DNA from: Eledone cirrhosa
Taxonomy: Eukaryota
Assembly: GCA_964016885.1 (NCBI GenBank)
Contig: OZ024741.1
Location: 13,454,001 to 13,518,000, forward strand
DNA: 64,000 nt
Direction: 5' to 3'
Part shown: piece by piece, positions 15,814-27,437 of the stretch
How positions within the stretch are numbered: the first letter of the stretch is position 1
Layout: each line of letters begins with the position of its first letter
Position numbers and translations under genes: made by a program
The notes under the pieces: model-generated
Database searches by the model: none
Told to the model about the DNA's origin: nothing
The model's input: only the letters and a program-made list of their open reading frames with translations

Positions 15814-16480
15814 TTTGTTTGTTTACAAACAAACAAACCGAGCATTATAATAAATGTTCGGTAAACCGATACGTGCATATATATATGTGTGCATCTATGT
15901 ATATATATACATACTACTGTACGTCTGTATACATATATGTATGTACGTATACATACATACTTACATTTAAGTAAATGCCGTACTAATAGTGAGAAATGAA
16001 ATTTCGTTTCATTCTATTCCATTTATCGTTTTCGGTGCGCCCGGCCGACTGAACTCACTCGATATGCAAATTAGGCTGCTCAGCCGTTAATATGCATAAG
16101 GAAAGTATATACTTTCAGACGTTCAACCATCTGGCAGGAAGGTATACGATGCTGATGATAGCTAATAAGCTTGAAACTAGTACATCGTTCCTGTGTCAGT
16201 GTTGAACAAAAAGGTGACGTGGTTGCCTAAACACTGTACGGCGTAATTCAGGCTGTTTGTTTGTTTACAAACAAACAAACCGAGCATTATAATAAATGTT
16301 CGGTAAACCGATACGTGCATATATATATGTGTGCATGTATGTATATATATACATACTACTGTACGTCTGTATACATATATGTATGTACGTATACATACAT
16401 ACATACATACATACTTACATTTAAGTAAGTGCCGTACTAAGAGTGAGAAATGAAATTTCGTTTCATTCTATTCTATTTAT
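15812..16480 (+). mobile_element. 442-bp-period direct-repeat element carrying a hammerhead (retrozyme or Penelope pseudo-LTR-like)
   Basis: 15812-16026 is repeated at 16254-16480; hammerhead in the intervening half; many hairpins; no ORF. Confidence 0.7.
16146..16188 (+). ncRNA. Minimal type I hammerhead ribozyme motif with palindromic stem III
   Basis: ACGATG-CTGATGA-TAGCT-AATA-AGCTT-GAAA-CTAG-TA-CATCGT; 6-bp stem I, AGCT/AGCT stem II, palindrome ACTAGT; first stem II pair is a T/T mismatch. Confidence 0.85.
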
Positions 16481-16487
16481 ATATATA

Positions 16488-19400
16488 TCATCATCATCAT
16501 CATCATCAACGTTTAACGTCCATGTTCCACGCTTGCATGGGTTTGGACGGGGGTAGTCCCACTTGAGGCAAGAGTGATTGTCTTGCTCGCATAGGACTGT
16601 CTGGCAGGTTTTCTACAGTTGGATGCCCTTCCTAACACCAACCACATTTACAGTGTGGGTCTGGGAGGTTTTTACCGTGTTGCCTACACGGCCACATTAC
16701 AGCGTGGACTGTGTGTTTTTTGTCGTGACACCTACACGATCTCATTTGTTTCGGCCTGGATGGCGCGGCACCAACATAACTTTACATAGAACGGGGTGGT
16801 GTGGATGTGGTGGGGGTGGTGGTGGTGGGACGGGGTGTATTTTGTTAGAGATGCCTACTGGCAAGGCTGGTCTTCTCTGTTACTGAGTACCGCCAAAGGT
16901 CTCTGTCCAGTGACATTGTCTTGGAGAGGTGTAATCAGCTCGTCCCAGGTTTTTCTAGGTCTGCCTATTCCGTGGCTACCGTCTATCTTTATTGCCCTGC
17001 ACTTTGTTATACAGCTATCGACTTTCATGCGCATCACGTGTCCATACCAATGTAGCCTTCTCTCGAGTAAACAACATCTGATCCCTCTTATCTCTAATTT
17101 TTTCCTTAGTTCGTTTATGCTTTGCCGTTCACGTATATTACTGTTACACATCCAGCGGAGCATGCAAGCTTCGTTCCTCTCTAGTCTGCGTATATCCTCT
17201 GCACACAATGCCCAGGTCTCACTGCCATGCAACATTGCTGTTCGTATGCAGGCATCGTACAACCTGCCTTTCATTTTTAGGGAGAACCCTTTAGCAGCTA
17301 ATAGTGGTATAAGCTCTCTGAACTTTTTCCAACCAGTTCTGACTCTAGCTACTGTACTTTCAGAGCACCCTCCCCCACTGCTGATTTTATCGCCCAGGTA
17401 ACGGAAGCTGTCCACTATTTCTATAGAACCCTCTGCGCAATTGAAAGAGCTAGTATTTTGTGGGCACTTGCTGCTACTTATTGCACCAGAACACCGGCCA
17501 CATGTAAAATCTATGTTCTTAGTTAGCTTACCTGTGATCCCACTACATCTTTTATGCACCCATACTTTGCATTTAGGACATAAAATGGAGTTTCTACCTA
17601 CGCCTTTCCTACACACCGAGCACGACCATTTCCCAGAAGGGACCGCCGCCTTGTTTTCTTTCCTACAAACTAGAACTTTAGTCTTAGCCAGGTTAATTTT
17701 AAGTCCTTTTGACTCTAGGCCGTGCTTCCATGTTTGGAATTTCTTCTGTAGCTCGGCCATTGATTCCGCTATGAGTGTCAGGTCGTCTGCGTATAGGAGT
17801 TCCCATGGGCAGCCGGTCTTGAACTCCTCTGTTATAGCCTGAAGGGCAATAATAAATAGTAGGGGGCTGAGAACAGAGCCCTGATGGACGCCAACTTTTA
17901 CGCTAAACTCTTCACTATATTCGTTGTTAATTCTAACCTTGCTGACTGTTTCTTTATACATGGCTTGTATAGCCCTCACAAGCCATTCGTCAACGCCTAG
18001 TTTTCTAAGAGCCCACCAGATAATGGAGCGGGGGACTCTGTCGAAGGCTTTCTCCAAGTCGACAAAAGCTAAGTAGAGGGGTTTACCTTTAGCTAGGTAC
18101 TTCTCCTGTAGTTGTCGTACTATGAAAAGAGCGTCTGTGGTACTTTTGCCTGACACAAACCCGAACTGCATTTCATCTAGATCAATTCTCTCTCTGATTA
18201 GTTGCGCTATTACTTTTTCCGTGACCTTCATGACCTGGTCGATTAATTTAATGCCTCTATAGTTACTCCTATCTAGGGCGTCTCCTTTACCCTTATAACA
18301 GTTAACGATGATGCTGCTATGCCAGTCCTTCGGAACAACCCCATTCTGTACGACTTGGTTAACTATGCGGGTGACCATGGTGTGTCCCACCGTGCCAGAT
18401 GCCTTCAGCATCTCAGCAACTATTTCCGAAGGCCCAGCCGCCTTACCCGTCTTCATATCCTTGATTGCCTTACTTATTATACTCCCCTCGACTAACACTG
18501 CTGGTCCCTCTATTGGGTCGATATGGGGGAGACTGTCTTTCTCCCATTTATTCTCCTCATTTAGTAGCCTTTCATAGTGACACTTCCAAGCTACCTTCTT
18601 ATCAGCGTCGGTGATGGCAAGTGTGCCATCATCGTTTAGTACACACTTCTCCCCGACAATATCACGGTTTTCCTTGACGCATTGCCTAGCAATCCTGAAC
18701 ACCTCACGTTTTTGGTCCTCGCGTTGTAGAACATGCTTGAACTTTCTTTCCTCCGCTTCCCTTCTTACTAAGTACACTTGTCTCCTAGCTTCCCTCCTGG
18801 CCACTTGATAGTCTTCTCTACTTCCCCCATGCCGCCATACTTTCCAAGCCTGCTTTTTGGCCTTAATTGACCCCTCCACTTTACTGTTCCACCACCATGT
18901 TACTCTCCTCCTGCCTACAGGCCTGTTACAGCCACAGACTTCGTCTGTCGCCATCAGCAGGTTTGCTTTCAGAAATTCCCACTGTCCCTCTATATTGTCC
19001 GACTGTAAATGTTCTTCCTTACTGTCGAAAGCATCAAGTAATATGCTTTGAAATTTATTTCTGGCTGTGGGGTCCTTTAGCTTTCATATTTTTCTCCTGA
19101 GGATAGTCCTCTTCTGCTGTCGAGTACGTCTCGTCCTGACTATGAGGTCGCTAATTATCAGTCTATGTTCGGAGGTGCATTCTTCATGGGGGAGGGATTT
19201 AGTGTTTACGACAGACACTCTGTCACGTCTTCTGGTAAGGATATAATCTACCTGGCTTGTGTGTTCCCCGGATCTATAGGTGATCAGGTGATTGTCACGT
19301 TTTTTGAAGTTAGTGTTACAGATAGTTAGGTTATTTGCATCACAGAATTCCAGGATTCTGGAGCCTTCCTCATTTCTAGTACCAAACCCATAGCCTCCAT

Positions 19401-19759
19401 GGATTTCGTCGTAGCCGTCACAATGTTGTCCAACGTGACCATTTAGGTCGCCTGCAATAATTATATAGTCACTGTCGGATATTTGGGAGGTAGTTAGCAT
19501 CAGTGTCTCATAGAATCTGTCTTTTATAGTGCCGGGCAGTCCGGATTGGGGTGCGTACGCAGATATTACTGTCACCGTAGTTCTATTGAGGACAAGTCGT
19601 ATTTTAATTATTCTGTCGTTCACTCTATTTACGTCTATTATCTTATCTGCCCACTTTTCTGCTACCATGATTCCTACTCCACCCAGCCCATCGTCGTTTC
19701 CCACCCAGAAAAGCTTATAACATCGTTTTTTACCCTCAATGAATCTAGCAGACCCACCC
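16488..19759 (-). mobile_element. RTE-clade LINE, family 1, 5'-truncated in the AP-endonuclease
   Basis: APE motifs (GVGIMV, SAYAPQ, AGDLNGHVG, VDYIL, SEHR) at 19084-19704, RT at 16855-18954, 3' UTR and (ATG)n tail at 16488. Confidence 0.97.
16855..19704 (-). pseudogene. Disrupted APE-RT polyprotein of RTE LINE with PHD-type finger
   Basis: NYRGIKL, QFGF, FVDLEKAFD, QGSVLSP, YADD, FRYLG; premature TGA at 19084; 20-bp and 28-bp deletions near the C-terminus relative to the copy at 20277-21716. Confidence 0.93.
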
Positions 19760-19875
19760 TATATATATATATATATGCAGAAAGTTAACAACAAAGCAAA
19801 AGCAAATAACACATTACTATGAAGAAATATACTAGTCTAACGTTTGGTATAGTAGGAAAAGTCTTTCTCTTTTCA

Positions 19876-19946
19876 TATATATATGTGTGTGTGTTTGTAT
19901 GTATGTATATATATATGTATGTTTGTATGTATGTATGTGTATATAT

Positions 19947-19978
<32 letters not shown>

Positions 19979-20025
19979 CTATGGATATTTATATGTGTAT
20001 ATATATATATGTATATGTATGTATG

Positions 20026-20077
<52 letters not shown>

Positions 20078-20276
20078 TATATCTATGGATGTTTATATGT
20101 GTATATATATATATATGAATATGTATGTATATATGTATATGTATGTATATATATATATATATGTATATGTATGTATATGTATGTATATATATATGTATGT
20201 ATATATATATATGTATGTATATATATATATGTATATGTATGTATATATATATGTATATGTATGTATATATATATGT
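19876..20276. repeat. (TA)n/(TATG)n compound microsatellite
   Basis: Direct reading. Confidence 0.95.
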
Positions 20277-21716
20277 ATCATCATCATCATCATCATCAAC
20301 GTTTAACGTCCGTGTTCCACGCTTGCATGGGTTTGGACGGGGGTAGTCCCACTTGAGGCAAGAGTGATTGTCTTGCTCGCATAGGACTGTCTGGCAGGTT
20401 TTCTACAGTTGGATGCCCTTCCTAACACCAACCACATTTACAGTGTGGGTCTGGGAGGTTTTTACCGTGTTGCCTACACGGCCACATTACAGCGTGGACT
20501 GTGTGTTTTTTTGTCGTGACACCTACACGATCTCATTTGTTTCGGCCTCGATGGCGCGGCACCAACATAACTTTACATAGAACGGGGTGGTGTGGATCGG
20601 GTGGGGGTGGGGGTGGTGGGACGGGGTGTATTTTGTTAGAGATGCCTACTGGCTGGAGTAGGTTTTACTATATATTTAGGTAAGGCGGGTCTTCTCTGTT
20701 ACTGAGTACCGCCAAAGGTCTCGGTCCAGTGACATTGTCTTGGAGAGGTGTAAGTGTGTGATGTCGGAGTTTATCAGCTCGTCCCAGGTTTTTCTAGGTC
20801 TGCCTATTCCGTGACTACCGTCTATCTTTATTGCCCTGCACTTTGTTATACAGCTATCGACTTTCATGCGCATCACGTGTCCATACCAACGTAGCCTTCT
20901 CTCGAGTAAACAACATCTGATCCCTCTTATCTCTAATTTATTCCTTAGTTCGTTTATGCTTTGCCGTTCACGTATATTACTGTTACACATCCAGCGGAGC
21001 ATGCAAGCTTCGTTCCTCTCTAGTCTGCGTATATCCTCTGCACACAATGCCCAGGTCTCACTGCCATGCAGCATTGCTGTTCGTATGCAGGCATCGTACA
21101 ACCTGCCTTTCATTTTTAGTGAGAACCCTTTAGCAGCTAATAGTGGTATAAGCTCTCTGAACTTTTTCCAACCAGTTCTGACTCTAGCTACAGTACTTTC
21201 AGAGCACCCTCCCCCACTGCTGATTTTATCGCCCAGGTAACGGAAGCTGTCCACTATTTCTATAGAACCCTCTGCGCAATTGAAAGAGCTAGTAGTTTGT
21301 GGGCACTTGCTGCTACTTATTGCACCAGAGCACCGGCCACATGTAAAATCTATGTTCTTAGTTAGCTTACCTGTGATCCCACTACATCTTTTATGCACCC
21401 ATACTTTGCATTTAGGACATAAAATGGAGTTTCTACCTACGCCTTTCCTACACACCGAGCACGACCATTTCCCCGAAGGGACCGCCGCCTTGTTTTCTTT
21501 CCTACAAACTAGTACTTTGGTCTTAGCCAGGTTAATTTTAAGTCCTTTTGACTCTAGGCCGTGCTTCCATGTTTGGAATTTCTTCTCTAGCTCGGCCATT
21601 GATTCCGCTATGAGTGTCAGGTCGTCTGCGTATAGGAGTTCCCATGGGCAGCCTGTCTTGAACTCCTCTGTTATAGCCTGAAGGGCAATAATAAATAGTA
21701 GTGGACTGAGAACAGA
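20277..21716 (-). mobile_element. RTE LINE family 1, second copy, 5'-truncated within RT
   Basis: Near-identical to 16488-17878; SVLSPLLF...YADD...; intact C-terminus with stop at 20676; (ATG)n tail. Confidence 0.97.
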
Positions 21717-21724
21717 TGTATATG

Positions 21725-21765
<41 letters not shown>

Positions 21766-22337
21766 GAATAATCGAGTATCGAAAAATCGGGGCACGAGTT
21801 CACGATAAACAAAATTCGACATGAGTGGCAGAGGGCTCAATAATTCAGAGAAATCAGAGCTATAACTATCGTTAAAATACCAACACACATAGATTATGTC
21901 TAAAATCAACCATACGACCGAAAAATTACGATCAGGAAGATTCGGGTCACTCAGATAAAATATCAATAAATCAATAAATCATGTGAATGTAAAAAGTTTA
22001 CCCGGACCCACTAGAAAGATGGTAAATCTAGCTTCTTGGGTTTCTGTAAATCCTTAAACCGCCCACTATCAGCCCACATAAAAATATATAAGACTTCTAG
22101 GGAGCGGCGGACAGGAAATACTTTATCAACGAGCTTTGTCCAGATGAATAAAAAAGCCAACCCTAGCTGAAAACGCACATGGAATCCAGCAAGGGAGATA
22201 ACCTCTATATCCGCGAAAAATATTCGGGAATGTGGAAAATCACATATCGAATAAGAGTGCTCAATAGACATGTTAAAATAAACAGGAGCTATTCATCATT
22301 TAATAGAATCGACAAAATATGAACAATAAAATTAACT

Positions 22338-22708
22338 GATATATATATATATATCTATATATATATATATATATATATGCATATATATATCTATGGATGT
22401 TTATATATGTATGTATATGTATGGATGTTTATATATATATGTATATGTATCAATGTTTATATATATATATATATAGGAGTATTACCCACTCTACTACCCT
22501 AAGTATTGAGTACTTTGGTGCGTTATGGTCCACCTGGTTCCTTACCACATTTCCTTTGTTATATATATATATATATATGTATGTATGTGTATGGATGTTT
22601 ATATATATATATGTATGTATATGTATGGATGTTTATATATATGTATGTATATGTATGTATATTTATATGTATATATATATATATAATTATATATATATGT
22701 ATGTATAT

Positions 22709-22748
<40 letters not shown>
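22338..22748. repeat. (TA)n/(TATG)n microsatellite with short unique insert (22476-22560)
   Basis: Direct reading. Confidence 0.9.
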
Positions 22749-22750
<2 letters not shown>

Positions 22751-22811
22751 CAATATATTTAGAAACACACAGATACATGCGGACACACACATATATACAT
22801 GAATGCATCCG

Positions 22812-25575
22812 CACCTAACTGATCACCTATAGATCAGGGGAGCACTCTAGTCAGTTAGATTTTATCCTCATCAGAGGACGTGACAGATGGACGGTCGTAA
22901 ACACAAAAGCCTTCCCTAGTGAGGAATGTACATCCCAACATAGCTTAGTTGTCAGCGACCTCACGGTCAGAACTAGAGGAACCTGGAAACAGAGGCCAAC
23001 CTGGAGAAGAAAGATCTGGAAGCTGAAAGTCCCCTCAACCAGTAACAGATTTAAAGATATTTTACTCAACGCCTACGACAGTAAAGAAGAACAGATAGAG
23101 ACATTTAACGTAGAAGAGAACTGGGAGTTCCTAAAAAATAATTTACTAGAGGCGACGGATGAGGTCTGTGGCTGGAGTAAGACCTCAAGCAGGAGGAGAG
23201 TGACTTGGTGGTGGAACAATAAGGTAGATGAAGCAGTTAAGGCCAAGAGACAGGCATGGAAAGAATGGAAGAATGGGGGGAGCAGGGTACATTACATAGA
23301 GACCAAGAGGGAAGCTAGGCGACAAGTATACTTAGCTAGGAGGGAAGCAGAGGATAGAAAATTCAAGCATGTTTTACAACGTGAGGACCAGAAACAGGAG
23401 GTATTCAAGATTGCGAGGCAGTGTGTCAGAGATATTTGTAATGTCATTGGAGAGAAGTGTATCCGGAATGATAAAGGTGAGCTTGCCCTCACAAGTGCTG
23501 AGAAGAAAGATGCATGGAAGAGTCATTATGATAGATTACTAAATGAGGAGAATGCATGGGAAGAAGAGACCCTACCCCAAGTAGACCCTATAGAGGGACC
23601 AGCAGTACAAGTCAGCAGCAGCGTAGTAAGTAAGGCAATCAAAGATATGAAGATGGGGAAGGCAACCGGTCCATCGGGTATAGCTGCCGAGATGCTGAAG
23701 GCATCTGGGTCTGTAGGTCACACTATAACCACACGTATCGTTAACCAGGTAATACTAGAAGGGGCCATACCAAAAGATTGGTGCAGTAGCATCATTGTCA
23801 ACTGCTACAAAGGTAAAGGCGATGCACTAGATAGAGGAAACTATAGAGGTATAAAGTTGATGGACCAGGTCATGAAAGTAACAGAAAGAGTTATAGCACA
23901 GCTGATTAGGGACTGGGTGAATATAGACGAGATGCAATTTGGGTTTGTACCAGGAAGAGGCACCACTGATGCCCTCTTCCTTGTGAGGCAATTACAGGAA
24001 AAGTACCTAGCTAAAAGTAAGCCACTCTACTTGGCATTTGTCGACCTTGAGAAAGCCTTTGACAGAGTTCCACGTGCAGTAATCTGGTGGGCTCTTAGAA
24101 AACTAGGAGTAGATGAATGGCTTGTGAAAGCGGTACAAGCCATGTATAGGGGAGCAGTCAGCAAAGTTAGGATTAGCAATGAGTATAGCGAGGAATTTAG
24201 CGTACAGGTTGGGGTCCACCAGGGCTCTGTTCTTAGCCCTCTCCTGTTCATCATAGTCCTGCAGGCAATAACGGAGGAGTTTAAGACCGGATACCCATGG
24301 GAACTCCTGTATGCTGATGACCTCGCACTCATAGCTGAATCTATGGTAGAACTAGAGAATAAATTCCAAACCTGGAAGCAGGGACTAGAGAGAAAGGGTC
24401 TCAAAGTCAGCATGACAAAGACTAAGGTCCTTGTAAGTAGACGAGAAAACAGAACCCAGAACCCCTCAGGGAAATGGCCTTGCTCAGTATGTAGGAAAGG
24501 TGTAGGTAGGAACTCCATTCTCTGCCCCAAATGCAAACAATGGGTACACAAGAGATGTAGCGGGATCTCAGGAAGCTTAATTAAGAATGTAGGATTCACA
24601 TGCAGCAGCTGTGCTGAAACAGCAAGCAGCAAACAGCCACAGGAAACAAGTACCACCAATCTCTGGGAGGGCCCTGTAGAAACAGTAGACAGCTTCTGCT
24701 ACCTAGGTGACCGAATTAGCAACGGAGGTGGGTGTTCAGAAAGTACAATAACTAGGGTAAGAACGGGATGGAAGAAGTTTAGGGAACTACTACCACTGCT
24801 AGCTGCAAAAGGCCTCTCCCTCAGAATGAAAGGCAGACTGCATGATGCGTGTATCCGAACAGCGATGTTGCATGGTAGTGAGACCTGGGCGCTGAAGGTG
24901 GAAGACTTACGTAGATTAGAGAGAAACGAAGCCTGCATGCTCCGATGGATGTGTAACAGTAATATACGTGAACGACAAAGCATAAATGAATTGAGAGAGA
25001 GACTGAGCATAAGAGGAATCAAATGCTGTGTGCAGGAGAGGCGGTTGCGCTGGTATGGACATGTGATGCGTATGAAGGATGACAGCTGCATAAAAAGGTG
25101 CAGAGCACTAGAAGTTGATGGAAACCGCGGAGTGGGGAGACCCAAGATGACCTGGGATGAGGTGATAAAAGCCGACCTTACCCAACTACACCTCTCAAAG
25201 ACAATGACACACGACCGTGACTTCTGGCGTCACGCAGTAATACAGAGTACCCGACCTCCCATGGGTACATGCTGAAGCATATAAACAATATGCCCCCACA
25301 CCCCCCACCGCAAGGTGGTCGTGGAGGTGCCACGGCAAAAAAGCACCCAGCCCACACTGTAAAGTGGACGTGTAGGCGCCACGAAAAAGCACCCAGCACT
25401 CACTGTAAATGAGGTTGGTGTTAGGAAGGGCATCCAGCTGTAGAAATCAAGCCAGATCAGTTCCTGTATGAGCAAGGCATGGTCAGCCGACCAGACACTG
25501 CACACAACAGGACAACCCGTCTAACCCATGCTAGCGTGGAAGAACGGACGTAAAACGGTGATGATGATGATGATG
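22812..25575 (+). mobile_element. RTE LINE, sister subfamily of family 1, 5'-truncated
   Basis: End of APE, full RT, 3' UTR with internal tandem repeat, GGACGTAAAACGG(TGA)n tail. Confidence 0.97.
22819..25275 (+). CDS. RTE LINE ORF (partial APE + RT + PHD finger), uninterrupted but lacking its N-terminus
   Basis: Frame is open from 22819 (LITYRSGEHSSQLDFIL) into the 691-aa ORF at 23200; YADD present. Confidence 0.9.
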   Translation: MITYRSGEHSSQLDFILIRGRDRWTVVNTKAFPSEECTSQHSLVVSDLTVRTRGTWKQRPTWRRKIWKLKVPSTSNRFKDILLNAYDSKEEQIETFNVEENWEFLKNNLLEATDEVCGWSKTSSRRRVTWWWNNKVDEAVKAKRQAWKEWKNGGSRVHYIETKREARRQVYLARREAEDRKFKHVLQREDQKQEVFKIARQCVRDICNVIGEKCIRNDKGELALTSAEKKDAWKSHYDRLLNEENAWEEETLPQVDPIEGPAVQVSSSVVSKAIKDMKMGKATGPSGIAAEMLKASGSVGHTITTRIVNQVILEGAIPKDWCSSIIVNCYKGKGDALDRGNYRGIKLMDQVMKVTERVIAQLIRDWVNIDEMQFGFVPGRGTTDALFLVRQLQEKYLAKSKPLYLAFVDLEKAFDRVPRAVIWWALRKLGVDEWLVKAVQAMYRGAVSKVRISNEYSEEFSVQVGVHQGSVLSPLLFIIVLQAITEEFKTGYPWELLYADDLALIAESMVELENKFQTWKQGLERKGLKVSMTKTKVLVSRRENRTQNPSGKWPCSVCRKGVGRNSILCPKCKQWVHKRCSGISGSLIKNVGFTCSSCAETASSKQPQETSTTNLWEGPVETVDSFCYLGDRISNGGGCSESTITRVRTGWKKFRELLPLLAAKGLSLRMKGRLHDACIRTAMLHGSETWALKVEDLRRLERNEACMLRWMCNSNIRERQSINELRERLSIRGIKCCVQERRLRWYGHVMRMKDDSCIKRCRALEVDGNRGVGRPKMTWDEVIKADLTQLHLSKTMTHDRDFWRHAVIQSTRPPMGTC

Positions 25576-25599
25576 AATTATATATATATGTATGTATAT

Positions 25600-25648
<49 letters not shown>

Positions 25649-25766
25649 TATATATATTTATGTATATTTATATGTATATATATATATATAATTATATATA
25701 TATGTATGTATTATTCAGAATATTAATAAATGAAGACATTCACATAATCAAAATATGTTTTATTAT

Positions 25767-26110
25767 CATCATCATCATCATTTCATTTTACGTCCGCTTT
25801 TCCCTGCTTGCAAGGGTGGGACAGGAACTGATTCTGGCTTTATTTCTACAGCTGGATGCCCTTCCTAACACCAACCTCATTTTACAGTGAGTGCTGGGTG
25901 CTTTTTTGCCGTGGCACCTCCACGACCACTTTGCAGTGGAATGATAGGGACCCCAGTCCCTATCATCTCATTTCTACAGCTGAGTAAACTGGAGCAATGT
26001 GAAATAAAGTGTCTTGCTCAAGGAAACAACACATCGCCCGGTCTGAGAATTGAACTCACAACCTTTCGATTGCAAGGCCAATGCTCTAACCACTAAGCCA
26101 TGTGCCTCCA
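25767..26110 (-). mobile_element. SINE family A, full-length, TATTAT target-site duplication
   Basis: Reverse complement of the 15179 and 35158 copies; TATTAT at 25761-25766 and 26112-26117. Confidence 0.93.
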
Positions 26111-26111
26111 C

Positions 26112-26171
26112 TATTATATATATTTCAAAGGTACTGTGCTGTTTTTTCAGTACGTCCTCATCAGATAAAAT
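26112..26171 (-). ncRNA. Type I hammerhead motif disrupted by SINE insertion
   Basis: Minus strand: ATTTTAT-CTGATGA-GGACGTACTG...CAGTACCTTT-GAAA-TATATA-TA-ATA|SINE; the remaining stem I strand (ATAAAAC) lies beyond the SINE at 25757-25763. Confidence 0.7.
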
Positions 26172-26390
26172 ACATGAATTGAGGTATCACATACCTCAAC
26201 GGTCTTGATAGTTCAATTCCAGTATTGGCAGTGATTTATTACAACAAATCTCAACATTTATATACCACAAATATTAACATGATAAACTTACATATAACCA
26301 AAGATTAATATGGTTCATTGATTACTCTATGAATATAGTTTTACAATAGATTAAAAGCACTCTACTGAAAACATTTTCTGGAGTTATTAA

Positions 26391-26486
26391 TATTATTCAG
26401 AATATTAATAAATGAAGACATTCACATAATCAAAATATATGTTTTATGATATATATTTCGGAGGTAGTGTGCTGTTCCACGTCCTC
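26391..26486 (-). repeat. Second, partial copy of the hammerhead-bearing unit (empty SINE site)
   Basis: Repeats 25709-25766 + 26118-26159; minus strand GA-GGA...TCC-GAAA-TATATA-TC-ATAAAAC, lacking an intact CTGA box. Confidence 0.75.
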
Positions 26487-26849
26487 TTCTTCTTTAAATG
26501 TAAGTCTCGGAGGATTAACGTTAAGAATAGGTTGAGAGCCTCACTGTTGGGCAATGTATTCTCCATCCTGTTGGCCAGGACCAAGAAGTAGAGGGTGAGT
26601 TAGTTGGAGGAAAGTTGTTCAGATGTCACACATATACAAACATACTCAACCATTTAAACACTTAAAATTAATTAGCGGTCAAATACTGAGGTTGATTTAA
26701 TAAACAATATTGAGAATCAATAATTCTAATTATGGGGAACAAAACACTTCTATGACTTCCCTTTTCTAGTAATAATATCCACTCCAATTGTATGTGGCAT
26801 ACCATGTTTTGTTTTGTTAAAGGATACCAGTTCCCCCGACCTGATCTCT

Positions 26850-26907
26850 CACAAAGGGACAGCCTGTCCTACCCATGCTAGTGTGGAAGATGGATGTATG
26901 ATGATAA
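26850..26907 (+). mobile_element. Short RTE 3'-tail fragment
   Basis: GGACAGCCTGTCCTACCCATGCTAGTGTGGAAGATGGATGTATGATGAT resembles 25510-25575. Confidence 0.7.
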
Positions 26908-26960
26908 TATAGTTGTAAAAGACCTTTATTTCCTCTTTAAATATGGAGATTTAAAACACA

Positions 26961-27193
26961 TTAACCCTTTCATTACTAAGTCAGCCAAAATTTGCTCTGG
27001 TTCTATAAAACAAAACTACTTATTTTAATTTAAATTAAAAGCTTCCAACATAATTTTATATAAAAACACCATATGTTAAATTACTATCTTAGTAATGAAA
27101 TAATTAATACATTTTAGTAAATCCCTCAAAATTCTCCATTAGTTAATTGAAATAGAGTGTATTTCATTAGTAGTATGATCACGAGAGAGTTAA
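26961..27193. mobile_element. Possible degenerate piggyBac-type MITE
   Basis: Starts TTAA-CCCTTTC and ends GAGAGAG-TTAA; the right TIR is poorly conserved. Confidence 0.4.
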
Positions 27194-27437
27194 GGTTTTA
27201 AGTGTCTTAAAAAATTGAAAATATTTGTTTTACTTATCTGAAATGATTACCTCAAGGTGGTGTTTTATCTTCAAAGTCATAGTAACATTTCAAAATTTCT
27301 TCTCACATGACAAACACATAGGTATTGTCACATTAGTATTTGAAGGAATACAATCAAATTTCAAATATTTCTATAAATATTGCCAACATTTTCCCAATGT
27401 TTGAATGAGTGGATTGCCTGGTTTACCAATGCCAGAT

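Noticed and set aside
16796-18808. Plus-strand ORFs overlapping the LINE (also 20866-21681 and minus-strand 24027-25145)
   Set aside because: Antisense shadows of the RT frame.
19776-19875. Possible hammerhead remnant in a short island between TA tracts
   Set aside because: Neither an intact CUGANGA nor a correctly placed GAAA box with paired stems.
22868-22874. CTGATGA on the minus strand
   Set aside because: Inside LINE coding sequence with no stems or GAAA.
26531-26600. Possible small exon ending AGG|GTGAGT
   Set aside because: No polypyrimidine acceptor and no recognisable peptide.
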